Positions 1 to 10,269 of a DNA stretch of 64,000 bases are shown here, in pieces. A program made the position numbers and the translations under genes. Positions within the stretch are counted from its first letter, which is position 1. Each line of letters starts with the position of its first letter. The stretch covers positions 167,789 through 231,788 of the IMG/VR virus record IMGVR_UViG_3300028608_000006; one strand, 5' to 3'. The notes below the pieces were generated by a model. That model worked only from the letters and a program-made list of their open reading frames with translations, had not been told where the DNA came from and searched no databases.

Positions 1-563
1 TCGATGTCAACACCCCGCCACTTATCACCCCCTGTCAAAGTCAGTTGTTCACCGAACTTGGTCAGCTGATAATGCAGGACGTTATCCAAGGTGGCCATCA
101 GCATGTGGTCAGCCACGGTCTCGTTCTTCAACAGAGCGTAACCGATGTCCAGCAACTGGAATTCCACGGACACCATGTTCAGTGAGTCCTTGGTCGACAA
201 ATCCGCCAGAGCGGTGTTGTTCGCCGCCATAGGCGCGCTGGAGTCATGGAGTGGGATAGCCCTGAACCGATACATGGTCTGAGTGTAGCCCTGACGCTCT
301 GTGACCTCGATGTAGAGGTTATCCTTCACCGGCAGTACGTTGTTCTGGTATACACCCGGTTGCAGCTGAGCTTTGATCCGGCAGTCATCAGAGTGGTTCA
401 CCCCAAACAACGCCAAACGAGCAAACCCAGTCGGAACAATCAACGGAATCTGCTCAGTGGGGGTAATGACCATCGCGGACATGGTAAAGATTCGTTCGCC
501 ACCACCCTGGTCGATCGTGTTGGCATACGCGACCAGGTTGGCTAACGGCTTTGGTACATCCAT
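1..563 (-). CDS. Virion structural protein, phiKZ gp101-like position, partial (runs off the window)
   Basis: Manual translation: ATG at 563, MDVPKPLANLVAYANTIDQGGGERIFTMSAMVITP..., open to position 1. Absent from the ORF track. Identity from synteny only. Confidence 0.6.
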   Translation of the reverse strand, partial: MDVPKPLANLVAYANTIDQGGGERIFTMSAMVITPTEQIPLIVPTGFARLALFGVNHSDDCRIKAQLQPGVYQNNVLPVKDNLYIEVTERQGYTQTMYRFRAIPLHDSSAPMAANNTALADLSTKDSLNMVSVEFQLLDIGYALLKNETVADHMLMATLDNVLHYQLTKFGEQLTLTGGDKWRGVDI

Positions 564-566
564 GAC

Positions 567-1283
567 TTATCCTCTAAAGAGCCATTCGGACGTCTCAGTC
601 GCGTTCGACTCCAGATTCACCAGACTGTCCATTACGGCCGTAGAAGGCTGCACGGGGCGATCAGCGGTTGCCAGCATGCTGTCTGAGGTCACGAAGTCCT
701 GTTCTTGCAATGCATCAAGGTGACTGACGAAACTGATCTCGCCTTTCTCCTTGTTGTGGCTGAACAACATCGACAGGCCCATCAGACCGACCCTGTTCAA
801 TGCCTTGTCGGTAATCATCTGCTTCTCGATATCGTTATCGATCACAAACGGCTTGAGACGCTTGTAGATGGGGAACAGATACCAAGCCAGGGATTCCAAC
901 CAACGCAGCTCCTGAATCGGCGGTGTGCTGAACTCAGGAGCGTTGTTCTTGATCTCACACCAGAGCATGATGTATTCCTGGATCGATTCATAGATCTCAG
1001 GTACGACATGGTTAGCGTTGTTGAACCCCAGATCTTCATGCCCTGTCAAGTTCGGCAGGATGTCGATCATCTGACAGCAGTTCATCTTCCTGACTTGGTG
1101 GTTATCGAAGTAACCCGCGTCGTTGGCGTACCCTTCCTGCTTGGATTCGTAACGCGTACGCAGCTGGTCGATGTCCATCAAGGTCTTCGGAGCAATCCAC
1201 ACCGGGTAGGCACGGTTGTTCAGAATGTTGAACAGAAAGAAGACCCGATCTCGGATCTGGTTGTACCGCGAATGAGACATCAT
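567..1283 (-). CDS. Conserved jumbo-phage hypothetical protein (gp100-like position)
   Basis: 238-aa ORF tightly coupled to both neighbours; operon context. Confidence 0.6.
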   Translation of the reverse strand: MMSHSRYNQIRDRVFFLFNILNNRAYPVWIAPKTLMDIDQLRTRYESKQEGYANDAGYFDNHQVRKMNCCQMIDILPNLTGHEDLGFNNANHVVPEIYESIQEYIMLWCEIKNNAPEFSTPPIQELRWLESLAWYLFPIYKRLKPFVIDNDIEKQMITDKALNRVGLMGLSMLFSHNKEKGEISFVSHLDALQEQDFVTSDSMLATADRPVQPSTAVMDSLVNLESNATETSEWLFRG

Positions 1284-2569
1284 AGAGGATCACCTAATTT
1301 GCGGCTGACCTCCAACAAGAGCATCAGGATCGCACCGTGGTAAAGTTGTTTGTTCTTGTCGAGGTCGAAGTAACCCTCGCAATAAGCAAGCAGCTTCTTC
1401 TTGTCCACGACTTTATCCCGAAGGATGGTGAGTACCAGTTGTTCAAACGTATCTTCCGGAGTGCCCTCAAAGAACAGTTCGGAGAACACGTAATTCGAGA
1501 AGTTCTTTTCAGTCGACGGCAACAGGATAGGGAACCCGTCCATGTTGAAGTAGGCTTTGTACTCCTTGTAGTCCTCTGGGTTGGTGCAGATGAACCACAT
1601 GAACTTGCTGGAACGCAGGTTACCGTAGAGCCGGGTATTCGCCAGACGCGTGGTCTGGATCATGGCAGCCTTATCGGAACAGATCCGCAGCAGGTTGAAA
1701 TCACCCCGCAGCAAGACTTCCCAGATGTTGATGGTGCCGTGATAACCCTTGTCCAAGCCGCCGTACTGTACGGAGAACTCGTTGATGAACGGGTACGTGG
1801 TTTGCAGCTCAGGAGGCAACACCGACCGGATAAAGCTAACCAGGTACTGGTCGTACACCTTCTCCCCGTTGGACGCATCGTAAGCAATGGTCTTCTCGGG
1901 GTTCCAGTAGAACTCACGCATCACGTAGTTAGCGATGGTGGCTTTCCAGTGTGACAGCTTTTGACCGATGTCGTAGGCTTCTGGACTGATAACGTCAGCA
2001 CCACTGTGCAGTGCTGCGTCACGGTCGTAAACCTGTTCATCCACCACACGGCCGTTCAGGATGTCGTACCATTCCTTGGTCAGAATCCCGAGGAACTGAA
2101 AGGTCAGGTAAAACATCTTGTTTGCGGTGACGTTACGAGGCTCAGGCTGTTCGGTTACCGTGAACAGGCCCGCGTTGCCATCGCCGATGTCCATGATCAT
2201 CACGTCATAGCGCACAGGTGCCAGCTTGCTGATCGACCAACCATTGAACGTTTCGGTGCTTTCGCCGTTCTCCGGGTTGAAGTTAAACGCCCCGTCACCT
2301 TCCTGCTTGATGATGGTTCGCTTGATTCGGGTGTAGCTTTGATACGTCCCGGTGTTCCCTGGAGAAAACGGGGTGGGTTCTTCATCAGCACCCAAGAAGC
2401 AACGGTAGTACTCGCACAGACGCGGAGCGCCATCCACCATACTCAGCAGACTGGTTTCAGGCTGATAAGAAGAGTCCACGATGGAGTGTTTGAAACTGTC
2501 ACTGTAAATCTTGGGGACATCCGGCGTAGGCGGAGTCTCTTTCCCCAGCGGAGTAATCGCAAAGGACAT
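1280..2569 (-). CDS. Putative virion structural (neck/tail) protein
   Basis: 429-aa ORF with a 4-nt overlap downstream and a 1-nt overlap upstream, in the structural cluster. Confidence 0.55.
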   Translation of the reverse strand: MSFAITPLGKETPPTPDVPKIYSDSFKHSIVDSSYQPETSLLSMVDGAPRLCEYYRCFLGADEEPTPFSPGNTGTYQSYTRIKRTIIKQEGDGAFNFNPENGESTETFNGWSISKLAPVRYDVMIMDIGDGNAGLFTVTEQPEPRNVTANKMFYLTFQFLGILTKEWYDILNGRVVDEQVYDRDAALHSGADVISPEAYDIGQKLSHWKATIANYVMREFYWNPEKTIAYDASNGEKVYDQYLVSFIRSVLPPELQTTYPFINEFSVQYGGLDKGYHGTINIWEVLLRGDFNLLRICSDKAAMIQTTRLANTRLYGNLRSSKFMWFICTNPEDYKEYKAYFNMDGFPILLPSTEKNFSNYVFSELFFEGTPEDTFEQLVLTILRDKVVDKKKLLAYCEGYFDLDKNKQLYHGAILMLLLEVSRKLGDPL

Positions 2570-4092
2570 TATCTTCTCTCCTGGATGATGTTCCAGGCAA
2601 TCAGCCCGGCATTCGAGGTGTAGGTGTTAATTGGACGCGTCGGGAACTTACCCCAGCCTTTAGCGATGTCTTGACGGACTTCGAACAGGTGGTTGATCCA
2701 GTGACTGTCAAACTGGTTCCAGTCGTATTCGTTCCAGAACGACTCAATGATCAAACGATCATCAGGATGATTGCGCATATCATCCCAGAAGGCGTCTGTG
2801 TAGTCGCGTATGGCCCAATCGATGCAAATGACGACCCGATATGTGTTACGCATCTCAGGCAGCCCAGAGAGCCAGATAGTACCCGTCTCGTCCAACGACA
2901 TCCGAGGAATGTGTACGCGCTGGTCATTACTGAACACTTGAATGGTGAAACAGCTCTCGTTATCACGGAAAGCAAACTCACGACGACGCAGGATGTAGTT
3001 CTTAACCCGTTCGTTCCATTCGTAGCCCGGGATCTCGAAGATGTTACCCAGCGCTTGGTTCTCGACATTCTGAACAGAACAGCGAACCTGGATAACCGGT
3101 TGCATCCACGCACGGAACTTCCAACGCCATGGATCGTGCAACGGTAGGCGGAGGTAGTACGGTGCTTGAATGTGACGGTCAGGGAAACCTAGGTCACGAG
3201 CAAACGCCACTTCAGGAGCCACACGCTTGTTGAACTGTTCTACGTGTTTTTCCTGAGGAGCCGGAATAAAGGCTTCAGGGATTTGGCTTTGGTAAACCAT
3301 CAGCGGGTACTGCAACTCCCAACCAATGAACTCTTGGAAGAAGAAGTTGTAGTTCATCGTGACTTCGTACTTACCAAAGGTTTCTGCTTTACGAGCCAGA
3401 GCGGTTTGCGGTTCGTCGAAGTAGATGCCGATGTTGTCCAGCTTCAGTGGGGCTACCATGCGCTTGAGGTTGCCCGCCACGTTACTGATCGTGGTGACCG
3501 GGGACTTGCAGCCAGCATCGAACCAATCCGGCAGCTCAGGAGTCGTAGGTTCGTTCGCCACTAGCAAACCGTGGATCGCTTTCATGAACTCGATAATCTG
3601 TGGGTTGATCACCAAGTGAATGTTGGCACTGAAGTTAAAGGCGGCGATCTGGTTGGCTTGCAAACGGTTGATGCGGTTAACAAAGGTCTTGGCAGAAGTC
3701 CGGCTATTAAAGTAAGCCGTGACCGCTACCTTGATGCGACGCCCTTCAAAGCTAGGCGTAAGAATCAGCGGCAACGCACCCCCGTCGGACCAAACCGGTA
3801 GTTCAGTCTCCATGCGGCGGGAGTTGCTGAAACCAGAGTTGAACTCATGCTGTTCAACTTCGGTAGCGATGAAAATCTTGTTACGGAATACACCGTCGGT
3901 ATAACGGACAGAGCGGTCGTCGTCAGTGGCGTTGTTGCCAACTAACTTAGCGATCTCGTTCTCACCGTTGAAGTAAATCTGGTTACCACTGTCCAGTCCG
4001 TAGAACTTGAGTACTTGACGGATGGAATCCATAATAGCTGGTCTGAAGAAAGCATTGTAGTCTTCCTCCGACTCAATAAAGGTGTTGAACAT
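2569..4092 (-). CDS. Putative virion structural (neck/tail completion) protein
   Basis: 507-aa ORF; beta-rich N-terminal half; structural cluster. Confidence 0.55.
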   Translation of the reverse strand: MFNTFIESEEDYNAFFRPAIMDSIRQVLKFYGLDSGNQIYFNGENEIAKLVGNNATDDDRSVRYTDGVFRNKIFIATEVEQHEFNSGFSNSRRMETELPVWSDGGALPLILTPSFEGRRIKVAVTAYFNSRTSAKTFVNRINRLQANQIAAFNFSANIHLVINPQIIEFMKAIHGLLVANEPTTPELPDWFDAGCKSPVTTISNVAGNLKRMVAPLKLDNIGIYFDEPQTALARKAETFGKYEVTMNYNFFFQEFIGWELQYPLMVYQSQIPEAFIPAPQEKHVEQFNKRVAPEVAFARDLGFPDRHIQAPYYLRLPLHDPWRWKFRAWMQPVIQVRCSVQNVENQALGNIFEIPGYEWNERVKNYILRRREFAFRDNESCFTIQVFSNDQRVHIPRMSLDETGTIWLSGLPEMRNTYRVVICIDWAIRDYTDAFWDDMRNHPDDRLIIESFWNEYDWNQFDSHWINHLFEVRQDIAKGWGKFPTRPINTYTSNAGLIAWNIIQERR

Positions 4093-4122
4093 GTCGAATA
4101 CTCGTTGTACGAATGAACAAAT

Positions 4123-4153
4123 CCGGTATGGAAGGGGCCACCCTCCATACCGG
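4123..4153 (-). terminator. Intrinsic terminator-like hairpin
   Basis: ccggtatgga(a)ggg / ccctccataccgg stem in the gap after the 242-aa gene. Confidence 0.55.
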
Positions 4154-4165
4154 CATTATGCCTGC

Positions 4166-4894
4166 TTAACCGGCTTTGTCTTTATCACTGGCATCGAGAA
4201 GGCGATAGCGTACGAACCACAGACGATCATCGGGAGTCCTGAAGACAGCGAGATCGGAAACCCCGTCGTTCATCAGGTCAACCACTTCGGCTTCCAGCAT
4301 GTCCGCCACCGAAGGAGCGCACTCGATCGTGTGGTGAATCAGCTCAGCGGCCAAAGATTGAACGAAGCCCTTTCCCAGACCACCACCGCCAACCACGATC
4401 ACGTCGTAAGCCGGGAAGACCTTGCTGACCAAAGCCAGTTGAGCCTTCTGTTCACCCAACGAGCAGCACACGGCGATCTTCGGACGATCGAACTTGGCCT
4501 TGTCCTTCACGGTGATGGCGAGAGAGCCTTTAACGTGGATGGACGTCTCGAGGATGTAAACCCCGGAAGAGAGTGTCCCCTCAACACCGAACCGCACAGT
4601 ACCCTCATCGGCCTCGTAATCAACGCCAGGGGTCAGATACAAACGGTACTTAGCGGAAACAGCCGCCATCACGTCTTCCCAGCTGTCGCCTTCGCTTGCC
4701 ATGACTTCAGCACGCTGACCAGACAGGTAACGAGTGACGTCAACCTTTGGCATGGTAACCCGTTTGGTTTCCTCACCGATCTGGACAACGAAGACTGCCT
4801 TCTCTGGAGACTCAGCAGCGCCGGACTGAATGACCGCGCCAACCGGCAAACTTGCAAGCACAAGTTCCAGCACGCGAGGATTAACGTTACTCAT
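4166..4894 (-). CDS. Putative virion protein with a jumbo-phage repeat-type domain
   Basis: 242 aa; segment PKVDVTRYL...VMAAVSAKYRLYL resembles a segment of the 162-aa ORF at 6308. Confidence 0.5.
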   Translation of the reverse strand: MSNVNPRVLELVLASLPVGAVIQSGAAESPEKAVFVVQIGEETKRVTMPKVDVTRYLSGQRAEVMASEGDSWEDVMAAVSAKYRLYLTPGVDYEADEGTVRFGVEGTLSSGVYILETSIHVKGSLAITVKDKAKFDRPKIAVCCSLGEQKAQLALVSKVFPAYDVIVVGGGGLGKGFVQSLAAELIHHTIECAPSVADMLEAEVVDLMNDGVSDLAVFRTPDDRLWFVRYRLLDASDKDKAG

Positions 4895-6296
4895 CCTTCT
4901 TCCCCTTCTTATCGGTATCAGCGATGAAGATCTTTGGACTGATACCGGAGATAGCCTTTTGGATACCGGCCATCAGTTTGGTGTGAGCAGCCAGTTCGAA
5001 CTTAACGTCCTTCAGCTTCTCTTTACCGGTTTTGACCTTGTCTTGGACTTTGGCCTTTTTAGCCTTCGCCACGTCCTTGTTGCTTTCGTCACCGGTGGTA
5101 TCGCTGGACGCGGTCTTGATCTCAGCCACAGCCTTTTGAGCGTCGGTGATCTCAGCGTTCAGTTTACCGCCAGACGTAGCCTCTTTGGACATGAACCCCA
5201 TCAGGGCGTCGATGACCTTAGGGGCGTCGCTTGGGGTACGCAGCTGACTGACCAACCCTTTCAGCTTACCCGAAGGATCAACTTCAGCCATCAGGTTGGT
5301 AATACCTTCCCGGGCTTTGTCGTTGATCACCGCGGCCGTGTCCTTCATCGACTGCAAGGCCTTCTTGTTGTTATCAGCCATCAACTCAGCCGACTTAACC
5401 TTTTCTTCAGGCTTGCTGGTGGTGAAGAGGTCTTTGATAGCACCCAAGGATGCTGTCAGTGCGCTCCAAGCTTTCTCGCCCATGTCTTTGATCGCGTCAA
5501 AGATAGGACCTTCCTGACCGGCATAACCTTCCAGACGAATGTTGTTAGCATTCGCCACGCCAATGAAGTATTCCTTAGCAGGACTCTCGGTCCCGTTCAG
5601 GAAGTGCTCCATCCCCTCGATAATCATGAGGGGGTGTTCCAGCGCGCAGCCGCACAGACAGTCGGTGTCTTTACGACATTCCAACCCGTCCACATCGAAG
5701 TCAGGATCAGGGATCTCTTCCAGATCATCGGGGTCAACCTCTGGGTACTCTGGCAACCCAGCCTCGGCGCCGATCCGGCAGGCCACGAAGCAATCCGTCA
5801 ATTCAAAGACCTTTTGAATGTACTCGAGTTGGCGGACATAACCACGCAGGATGGCAACCGGGAACTCTTCCTCCCCGGCATTAAGCTGTGCCAGTTTACC
5901 CAGATTGAAACGCACGTCATCCATGAAGAGTGCGAGCGAACTGGTCTGGTCCATGGGACCGCCTTTGTTCCCCATTCCACTGATGGTCATCGCCAATGTC
6001 GTTGGGCGTTCGTAGTAAGCGTTATGCATGTCATTAAAGACATCTAAGAGGTAAAGGTTCAGCGCACTGTTAACCTTCATCTCCGCCGCATCGTAATACG
6101 AGAAGTTCTTCTCGATACAAGCCAGAACATTGTTGAGAAGCGAGCGAACCTTCTTCTCATCCATAGGCTCGTCACCACTGTAACTACCCAGAGACTCGAT
6201 GATCCGTTTCAGGATCGGGTGATCGTCCTTGGAGAACTCGAACATCTTGGTGATCAACATCATCCCCAAGAGAGACAACTGGAGGTAAAGACTCAT
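4887..6296 (-). CDS. Head (internal/ejected) protein with acidic propeptide
   Basis: Several G-x-E sites (GAE, GLE, GME, GTE, GQE) followed by the helix GPIFDAIKDMGEKAW and a basic coiled coil. Confidence 0.6.
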   Translation of the reverse strand: MSLYLQLSLLGMMLITKMFEFSKDDHPILKRIIESLGSYSGDEPMDEKKVRSLLNNVLACIEKNFSYYDAAEMKVNSALNLYLLDVFNDMHNAYYERPTTLAMTISGMGNKGGPMDQTSSLALFMDDVRFNLGKLAQLNAGEEEFPVAILRGYVRQLEYIQKVFELTDCFVACRIGAEAGLPEYPEVDPDDLEEIPDPDFDVDGLECRKDTDCLCGCALEHPLMIIEGMEHFLNGTESPAKEYFIGVANANNIRLEGYAGQEGPIFDAIKDMGEKAWSALTASLGAIKDLFTTSKPEEKVKSAELMADNNKKALQSMKDTAAVINDKAREGITNLMAEVDPSGKLKGLVSQLRTPSDAPKVIDALMGFMSKEATSGGKLNAEITDAQKAVAEIKTASSDTTGDESNKDVAKAKKAKVQDKVKTGKEKLKDVKFELAAHTKLMAGIQKAISGISPKIFIADTDKKGKKDE

Positions 6297-6307
6297 GCCG
6301 AGGCTCC

Positions 6308-6796
6308 CTATTTGATTTTGACTTGAACTGTGCCTTTAAAGAGCACAGCGTTGCGAGCGTCGATGGTCATGTAGTCCTCAAACGAGCTGAGATCCACTTC
6401 GCTGAGCGACAGGCCGTTCAGACCTACCACGCGCTTCCACTGCGAGAACAACAGCCCCAGCGAGTCCCCAGGGCTCAGCTGGTCGGCCTCCTGAGCGATA
6501 ACCGGATACTCTTGGGTCAGCAGGTCGATGCTCAGTTTTTCATTCAAAGCGTCAGGAGTGGTGAGTGAGTCCTTGAACTCAAAGCCGGTAATGTCCTGAG
6601 GGATGGTTGCGAACAACTCGCCCAAGTCCACACGCTCAACCAACACAGCGTTCAGAGCATCGCCGCTCACAGCGTACTTGAACGACTTATCGTTGATCGG
6701 GTGAACCGTGCCGAAGCGAGGGTTCAGGTTAGTCAAGCCAGCCTGATGAACGGCCGACGAAACAATGACCGTTTGGTTAAACAGATTAAGCCGCAT
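6308..6796 (-). CDS. Putative small virion protein
   Basis: 162 aa; overlaps the stop of the upstream gene; ERVDLGELF motif. Confidence 0.5.
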   Translation of the reverse strand: MRLNLFNQTVIVSSAVHQAGLTNLNPRFGTVHPINDKSFKYAVSGDALNAVLVERVDLGELFATIPQDITGFEFKDSLTTPDALNEKLSIDLLTQEYPVIAQEADQLSPGDSLGLLFSQWKRVVGLNGLSLSEVDLSSFEDYMTIDARNAVLFKGTVQVKIK

Positions 6797-7844
6797 GAGA
6801 CTTACCCTTGTTGACAGTGGCGTTCAGGATGGACAACGAAGCGAAAAGACCTTTGAAGATGGTCAGCTCCAGCAACTTAATGTTGGCCATGCCGTTACGC
6901 ATGATGGTTTGAAGGTCACTGATCGTGCTAACGTAGTGAGAGTTCTTGTCGGAGTCAGCCTTCTTGGTCTTCTCCAGCTCTTTGTTCAGAGCCTTAATGA
7001 AATCCTTTTCCAGCTTGACGGTGAACTCCATCAGGTCATCAGCGTTGTTCATCAACGCCTTGTGTTCCTTGAACAACCGCAAGACTTCCGTTTGGTTGGT
7101 ACGGAAGGTTGGGTTTTTAGACTGGTTAGGTGGGGACGGTACTTCGTGCAACTTACCGTTCTGATCCATCTTGAAGTCGTGGGAAGCAAAGAACGGAGTG
7201 GAGACGTTGAACCCTTTAATGCTCAGAGTCCCCATCCCCAAAGAGACAATCTTGTTGATCGTTTCTTTGAGTTGTGCAGGACCGTTGTTGGTAGGGGCGG
7301 TCATGTCGGTCAGAGACTTACACGCACCCTGAAGGATACCGACGTACAGAGCCACGCGCTTCATGGCTTCACCGCAATCGTGGAACGCCGAGGACATCCA
7401 AGACAGACTAGCTTCCGGTTTGGTCAGCTTATCGTAGATGTCCATGTAGTCGAGGGGATAATGGATCTCCCCGGTGTTGATGCCGTTCTTCTCGATGTCG
7501 AGTTCCAGGGACTTGGTCTTGCGGCTGACCGCTTCTTTCTTACCGGTAAAGAAAGAGAACAGCCACTTGAAGAAATCTTTGACGGCCTGGATAACAACCT
7601 CAACGCCCTTCTTAACTTTGTCGAGGAAACCCTCGTTGCCCGATACAACAGAAACTTCTGGCAGGGAGACGTGAGAGAAGATCGCTTGATAGAACTCTTC
7701 GTTACCACTTACGCGGTCGTACTCTTTGGAGAGTTCAAACTTGGTGTCTTCGTCGATCACATCGCTGTAACCTTTTTGGTCCGCGTTGTATTCTTCCAAC
7801 AACGTCGGGGTGTTGATAAAACGTGGACTATCAGTAATGGACAT
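6786..7844 (-). CDS. Head protein, phiKZ gp93-type paralog family
   Basis: SGNE/GFLDKVKKGVEVVIQAVKDFFKWLFSFF: cleavage site followed by an amphipathic helix. Confidence 0.7.
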   Translation of the reverse strand: MSITDSPRFINTPTLLEEYNADQKGYSDVIDEDTKFELSKEYDRVSGNEEFYQAIFSHVSLPEVSVVSGNEGFLDKVKKGVEVVIQAVKDFFKWLFSFFTGKKEAVSRKTKSLELDIEKNGINTGEIHYPLDYMDIYDKLTKPEASLSWMSSAFHDCGEAMKRVALYVGILQGACKSLTDMTAPTNNGPAQLKETINKIVSLGMGTLSIKGFNVSTPFFASHDFKMDQNGKLHEVPSPPNQSKNPTFRTNQTEVLRLFKEHKALMNNADDLMEFTVKLEKDFIKALNKELEKTKKADSDKNSHYVSTISDLQTIMRNGMANIKLLELTIFKGLFASLSILNATVNKGKSHAA

Positions 7845-7916
7845 AAGGAAGCCCCTTGTCAGTGGTTAATAGAACGTGCCTATAGCATCCCCTAAATATC
7901 AAAATGCAGACATAAG

Positions 7917-7947
7917 GCTATCGCCCGGGATTGCCCCGGGCGATAGC
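7917..7947 (-). terminator. Intrinsic terminator-like hairpin
   Basis: Perfect 13-bp stem gctatcgcccggg / cccgggcgatagc just after the 415-aa gene. Confidence 0.75.
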
Positions 7948-7978
7948 ACTCATTTACGTCGTGCGCTAACCGCGAGGG

Positions 7979-9226
7979 TTAGACGTGAGCTGCAACGGCG
8001 TCCAGGGTCCAGCCGGCGCTACGGATCACTTGCTTGTTGACGGCCTGAGCGATCGACGACGAAGTCGCGAACACGGAACGTACAACCTGGATCTGAGCGT
8101 TGACTTCTTCAGCCTTTTCCTTGTCGTCCGCTTTCAGGACGTTCAGGGAGCCGATGACCTGGTCACGCTGCGACTTCGAGAAGGCAGCTGCGACTTTGTC
8201 GTTGCGGATGGCGGTAACGGTTGCTTTGACTTTGCCCAGGGCAGCAGTCAGAGCGCCTTTGTCAGCCTTGGCAGCAACTTCGCCGCTGGTCAGCTTGGAG
8301 GTGTCGCCGGTGCCGAAGAAGATCTTGATCGAGCGAGCCATTTCAGCTGCTTCTTTCAGATCTTTCGCCAGGCCGTCTTTCATCTCGGCGTGAACGCGAA
8401 CGCCAGCCGACATGCCGATCAGGGTCTTCTTGTCGCCTTCGCTCTTCTCGCCGGCGTTCACGTCGGACTTGGCGTCCTTCTTGAGTGCGGCCAGCAGGGA
8501 AGCGTAAGCGCTGTTGAAGGACGACAGATCGACCTTGGCAGCCGACTTGGCGATACCAGCGAAAGTAGCCAGGGCGCCTTTGGTGGCAGTCCAGCCTTCA
8601 GGGTCTTTGTTCAGACCGCCTTTCTCGTAGTCGAACAGGACGTTCCAGCCGCCCAGCTTGATCTTTTCCTTGACCTTCTCGGCCGCGGTGACGCGAGTGA
8701 CCAGTTGGTCATGGCGACGGCTCAGCTTTTCAGCGGCGTTGAACAGGCCGACGAAGAAGTTGATCACGGTGTTGAAGATGTGCTTGATGACTTCGATGGC
8801 TTTCTTGGCGTAACCTTTCACGGTTTCCATGAAGCCTTCCATGCCGCTGCGAGCCATGATCTGAGCGGTGGCCGCATCGGACATGGATTCAACGCCGCAA
8901 CGCTCGATGGAAGCGCCGCCCAGCTTGGTGTTCAGCTTGGCCGCACGGTTGTACATGCTGGCGAAAGCGGTGGAGTTGAACTGGCCGGAGCTGATCAGGC
9001 ATTCGAGGCCTTCAACCACTTCCTGGATTTCTTCGACGGCTTCGTCCTGCTGCTTGACTTCTTCACGCAGCTCTTCGATTTCCTGGCCTTGTTGCTCCAG
9101 GACTACCTGAACTTCGGCGACTTCAGCGCGAACCGAATCTTCAGCACCGGCTTCGATAACTACGTTGTCGGCAGCGCCGCCCATTTCCAGTTCTTCGAAA
9201 CCCTTGTAGCGATCAAGAATGTTCAT
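7979..9226 (-). CDS. Abundant head (inner body/ejected) protein, gp93-type family
   Basis: Glu-rich propeptide, GME/GFMETVKGYAKKAIEVIKHIFNTVINFF, strong codon bias. Confidence 0.75.
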   Translation of the reverse strand: MNILDRYKGFEELEMGGAADNVVIEAGAEDSVRAEVAEVQVVLEQQGQEIEELREEVKQQDEAVEEIQEVVEGLECLISSGQFNSTAFASMYNRAAKLNTKLGGASIERCGVESMSDAATAQIMARSGMEGFMETVKGYAKKAIEVIKHIFNTVINFFVGLFNAAEKLSRRHDQLVTRVTAAEKVKEKIKLGGWNVLFDYEKGGLNKDPEGWTATKGALATFAGIAKSAAKVDLSSFNSAYASLLAALKKDAKSDVNAGEKSEGDKKTLIGMSAGVRVHAEMKDGLAKDLKEAAEMARSIKIFFGTGDTSKLTSGEVAAKADKGALTAALGKVKATVTAIRNDKVAAAFSKSQRDQVIGSLNVLKADDKEKAEEVNAQIQVVRSVFATSSSIAQAVNKQVIRSAGWTLDAVAAHV

Positions 9227-9273
9227 GCGGTATATCCTTCGTTAACGAATTGAGTTTGGTTGTTTATAAACAG

Positions 9274-10257
9274 TTAAGCGAAAACACCCAGTACACCATG
9301 AATGTACCGGTCGGTGTATCCGACCACACGCGGAGTGAATCCACTATAAAATGCAAGCGCTCCACTGTTCCCTTCCAGAAGCTTCTCAGCTTCTTTCAAC
9401 GCAGACTTGCTGACTCGGTATTCCAGCTTGGTCAAGTTCTCGTCAACACCCTTGACCATTTCGGACCAAGACTTGATGAATGCGAGGTAGCCATCGTAGG
9501 CCGCCTTGACGCGCTGGTGCAGGTTGTTCACCTTGTCCAACTTGTTCAGCAGTTCGCTGACGTTGGATTTGGAGAATGAAACATTTCCACCTTCGCCAGC
9601 AGGAGTATCCCCCGACATAGAATATTTCGGAGCATTTCCGTCTGCATTGTTGAACTCCCATTCCTTACCGCCTGGGAGAACACCCGATGCTTCGAACGCA
9701 GGGTACTTCAACTTCTCGCACGCATCGATAACCTTAAAGACGTCATCCGTGTGTTTGGCGTCTTTCAGTTTCCGCACGGCAATCAGCTGGGCGTCGAGGT
9801 GATCCAGGACGGCCTTGCTGTGTTTGTCCAGAAGCTCTAGGTGAGCGATGAGAGTGTCCATGTCGTGAGAGATGGTACTCGGGTCGCCCTTGGAGGTGAT
9901 CATCGCTACCTGAGTCGCTGTGAGCTTCAGGTTGTGCTCGTCTTCTTTCGCCGTCGCCGCCAGCAAGCGCTTGATGTAAGACTTGTTGTCGTCGAAAGCT
10001 TTAGACAGCTGGTTACCCGCAGCGCTAATGCCAGCAGTAAAGGCACTCAGTGCTTTACCACCGACCCACATCGTGACGCTCAACAACCCTGTTCCGAGTT
10101 GCTGCATGCTGTCACCGAAGGCTTCGTTCCCCGCTACAGAATAGGGATCGGTTGCCATCAGCTGACCCAGCAGGTTCAGATCGTGGTTCGCTTGCATCAG
10201 CTTGATGTGCTGTTCCAGACCCGATGTGAGGTCCTGTTGAAGCTGTGACATATCCAC
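9274..10257 (-). CDS. Head protein, gp93-type family
   Basis: AGNE/AFGD site; C-terminal half resembles the 415-aa and 439-aa neighbours in layout. Confidence 0.6.
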   Translation of the reverse strand: MDMSQLQQDLTSGLEQHIKLMQANHDLNLLGQLMATDPYSVAGNEAFGDSMQQLGTGLLSVTMWVGGKALSAFTAGISAAGNQLSKAFDDNKSYIKRLLAATAKEDEHNLKLTATQVAMITSKGDPSTISHDMDTLIAHLELLDKHSKAVLDHLDAQLIAVRKLKDAKHTDDVFKVIDACEKLKYPAFEASGVLPGGKEWEFNNADGNAPKYSMSGDTPAGEGGNVSFSKSNVSELLNKLDKVNNLHQRVKAAYDGYLAFIKSWSEMVKGVDENLTKLEYRVSKSALKEAEKLLEGNSGALAFYSGFTPRVVGYTDRYIHGVLGVFA

Positions 10258-10269
10258 CTCGTCCTTGGT

